NCBI RefSeq assembly: GCF_009914755.1
Contig: NC_060928.1
From: the human T2T-CHM13v2.0 reference genome, Homo sapiens
Length of the DNA stretch: 64,000 nt
Reading direction: 5' to 3' (one strand)
Positions 63,191 to 64,000 of the stretch are shown in pieces. Positions within the stretch are counted from its first letter, which is position 1, and each line of letters opens with the position of its first letter. A program made the position numbers and the translations under genes. Below the pieces are notes generated by a model. The model saw only the letters and a list, made by a program, of their open reading frames with translations, did not search any database and was not told the origin of the DNA.

Positions 63191-63552
63191 TATTATGGTT
63201 TGAATGTGTTTCTGCAAAATTCATATGCTGGAACTTAAACTTCAAGGTGATAGTTTTAAGAGGTGGGGTCTCTTGGCAAGTGTGGTCTCTTGGCTCTGAC
63301 CTCAAAAATGGAATTAATGCCATTAAAAAGAGGGTTTGGAGAACTGCTGGACCTCCCATCTCTTCTGCCATGTGAAGAAGCAGCAGGAATGTACAATCTT
63401 GGAAGTAAAGAGTAGCCCTCGTCAGACATAGAATCTACTGGTGCCTTGATCTTGTACTTCGTAGCCTCCAGAGATGGATAAATAAATTTCTACTATTTAT
63501 AAATTATAAATTCTGTGGTATTCTGTTATAGCATCAGGAACAGGTTAAGACA
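63191..63552 (+). mobile_element. MSTC/MSTD-like solo LTR
   Basis: tattatggtttgaatgtg...caaaattcatatgctggaactta...gccttgatcttg...ttaagaca. 5-bp TSD cttgg (63186-63190 / 63553-63557). Confidence 0.82.
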
Positions 63553-64000
63553 CTTGGTAAATGTGGTGGTACAGTATATATGTTTATAAAATCCTCATAT
63601 TAAAAGACATTAAGGGAATGGAGAAAAATAGTGAACTTTCCATTGCAGCAAATGCTAACAAGTATTTTGATTTGAAATCTAGTAATTAAAGGAAAGTAAA
63701 AATAGTCTTATACATATTTGAATTATATGTCATGAAATAAACTATCCACACACAGCACTGAAATTATGCTTAGTACATCAATTAATTTTGTCTTATCATA
63801 CACAGATCTATTTAATATCACTGTGAAAACTTATTTAAGAGTTTAAATACAATATATCCTATGTAATGTGGCTATATTAATATTTTCAGATAGTTTAGGC
63901 AGAACTGTACTGACTCTGTCATTGTCTGAATGCTCTCTTTCCAAATACTGGAGAAAGGTTTTACTATTAACGTTTATTTATTTTATGTGGTCCTACAATA

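Overview
Human-type (primate) AT-rich intergenic or intronic DNA. I can support no protein-coding exon, RNA gene, CRISPR array or processed pseudogene. An AluYb8-lineage element at 28671-28983 points to Homo sapiens. The window is mostly nested transposable elements: about 19 Alus; L1MC1, L1ME, L1MA and L1PA fragments; L2 and MIR; MaLR elements (THE1/MST/MLT1), including a full-length THE1B; ERV1, ERVK and ERVL LTRs (MER4A1, LTR12C, MER50, MER39, MER11, MLT2); and the DNA transposons Tigger3 and MER1A. Most ORFs in the supplied track are by-products of these repeats, and the rest look like chance ORFs. The unusual signal is structural. (1) A ~3.7-kb complex templated insertion at 30.7-34.7 kb lies inside a single Alu target-site-duplication (TSD) pair and is stitched from three nearby donors: 57.9 kb (inverted), 37.1-38.6 kb (inverted) and 39.3 kb (direct). 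(2) It creates a ~1.5-kb inverted repeat whose ~415-bp core has only one mismatch, while its edges are about 88-91% identical. This suggests gene conversion and makes the site a candidate recurrent inversion. (3) A second, ~200-bp inverted duplication lies at 46.3/47.1 kb. Family names come from my recollection of consensus sequences and identities are hand counts, so both need RepeatMasker/Dfam and alignment confirmation.
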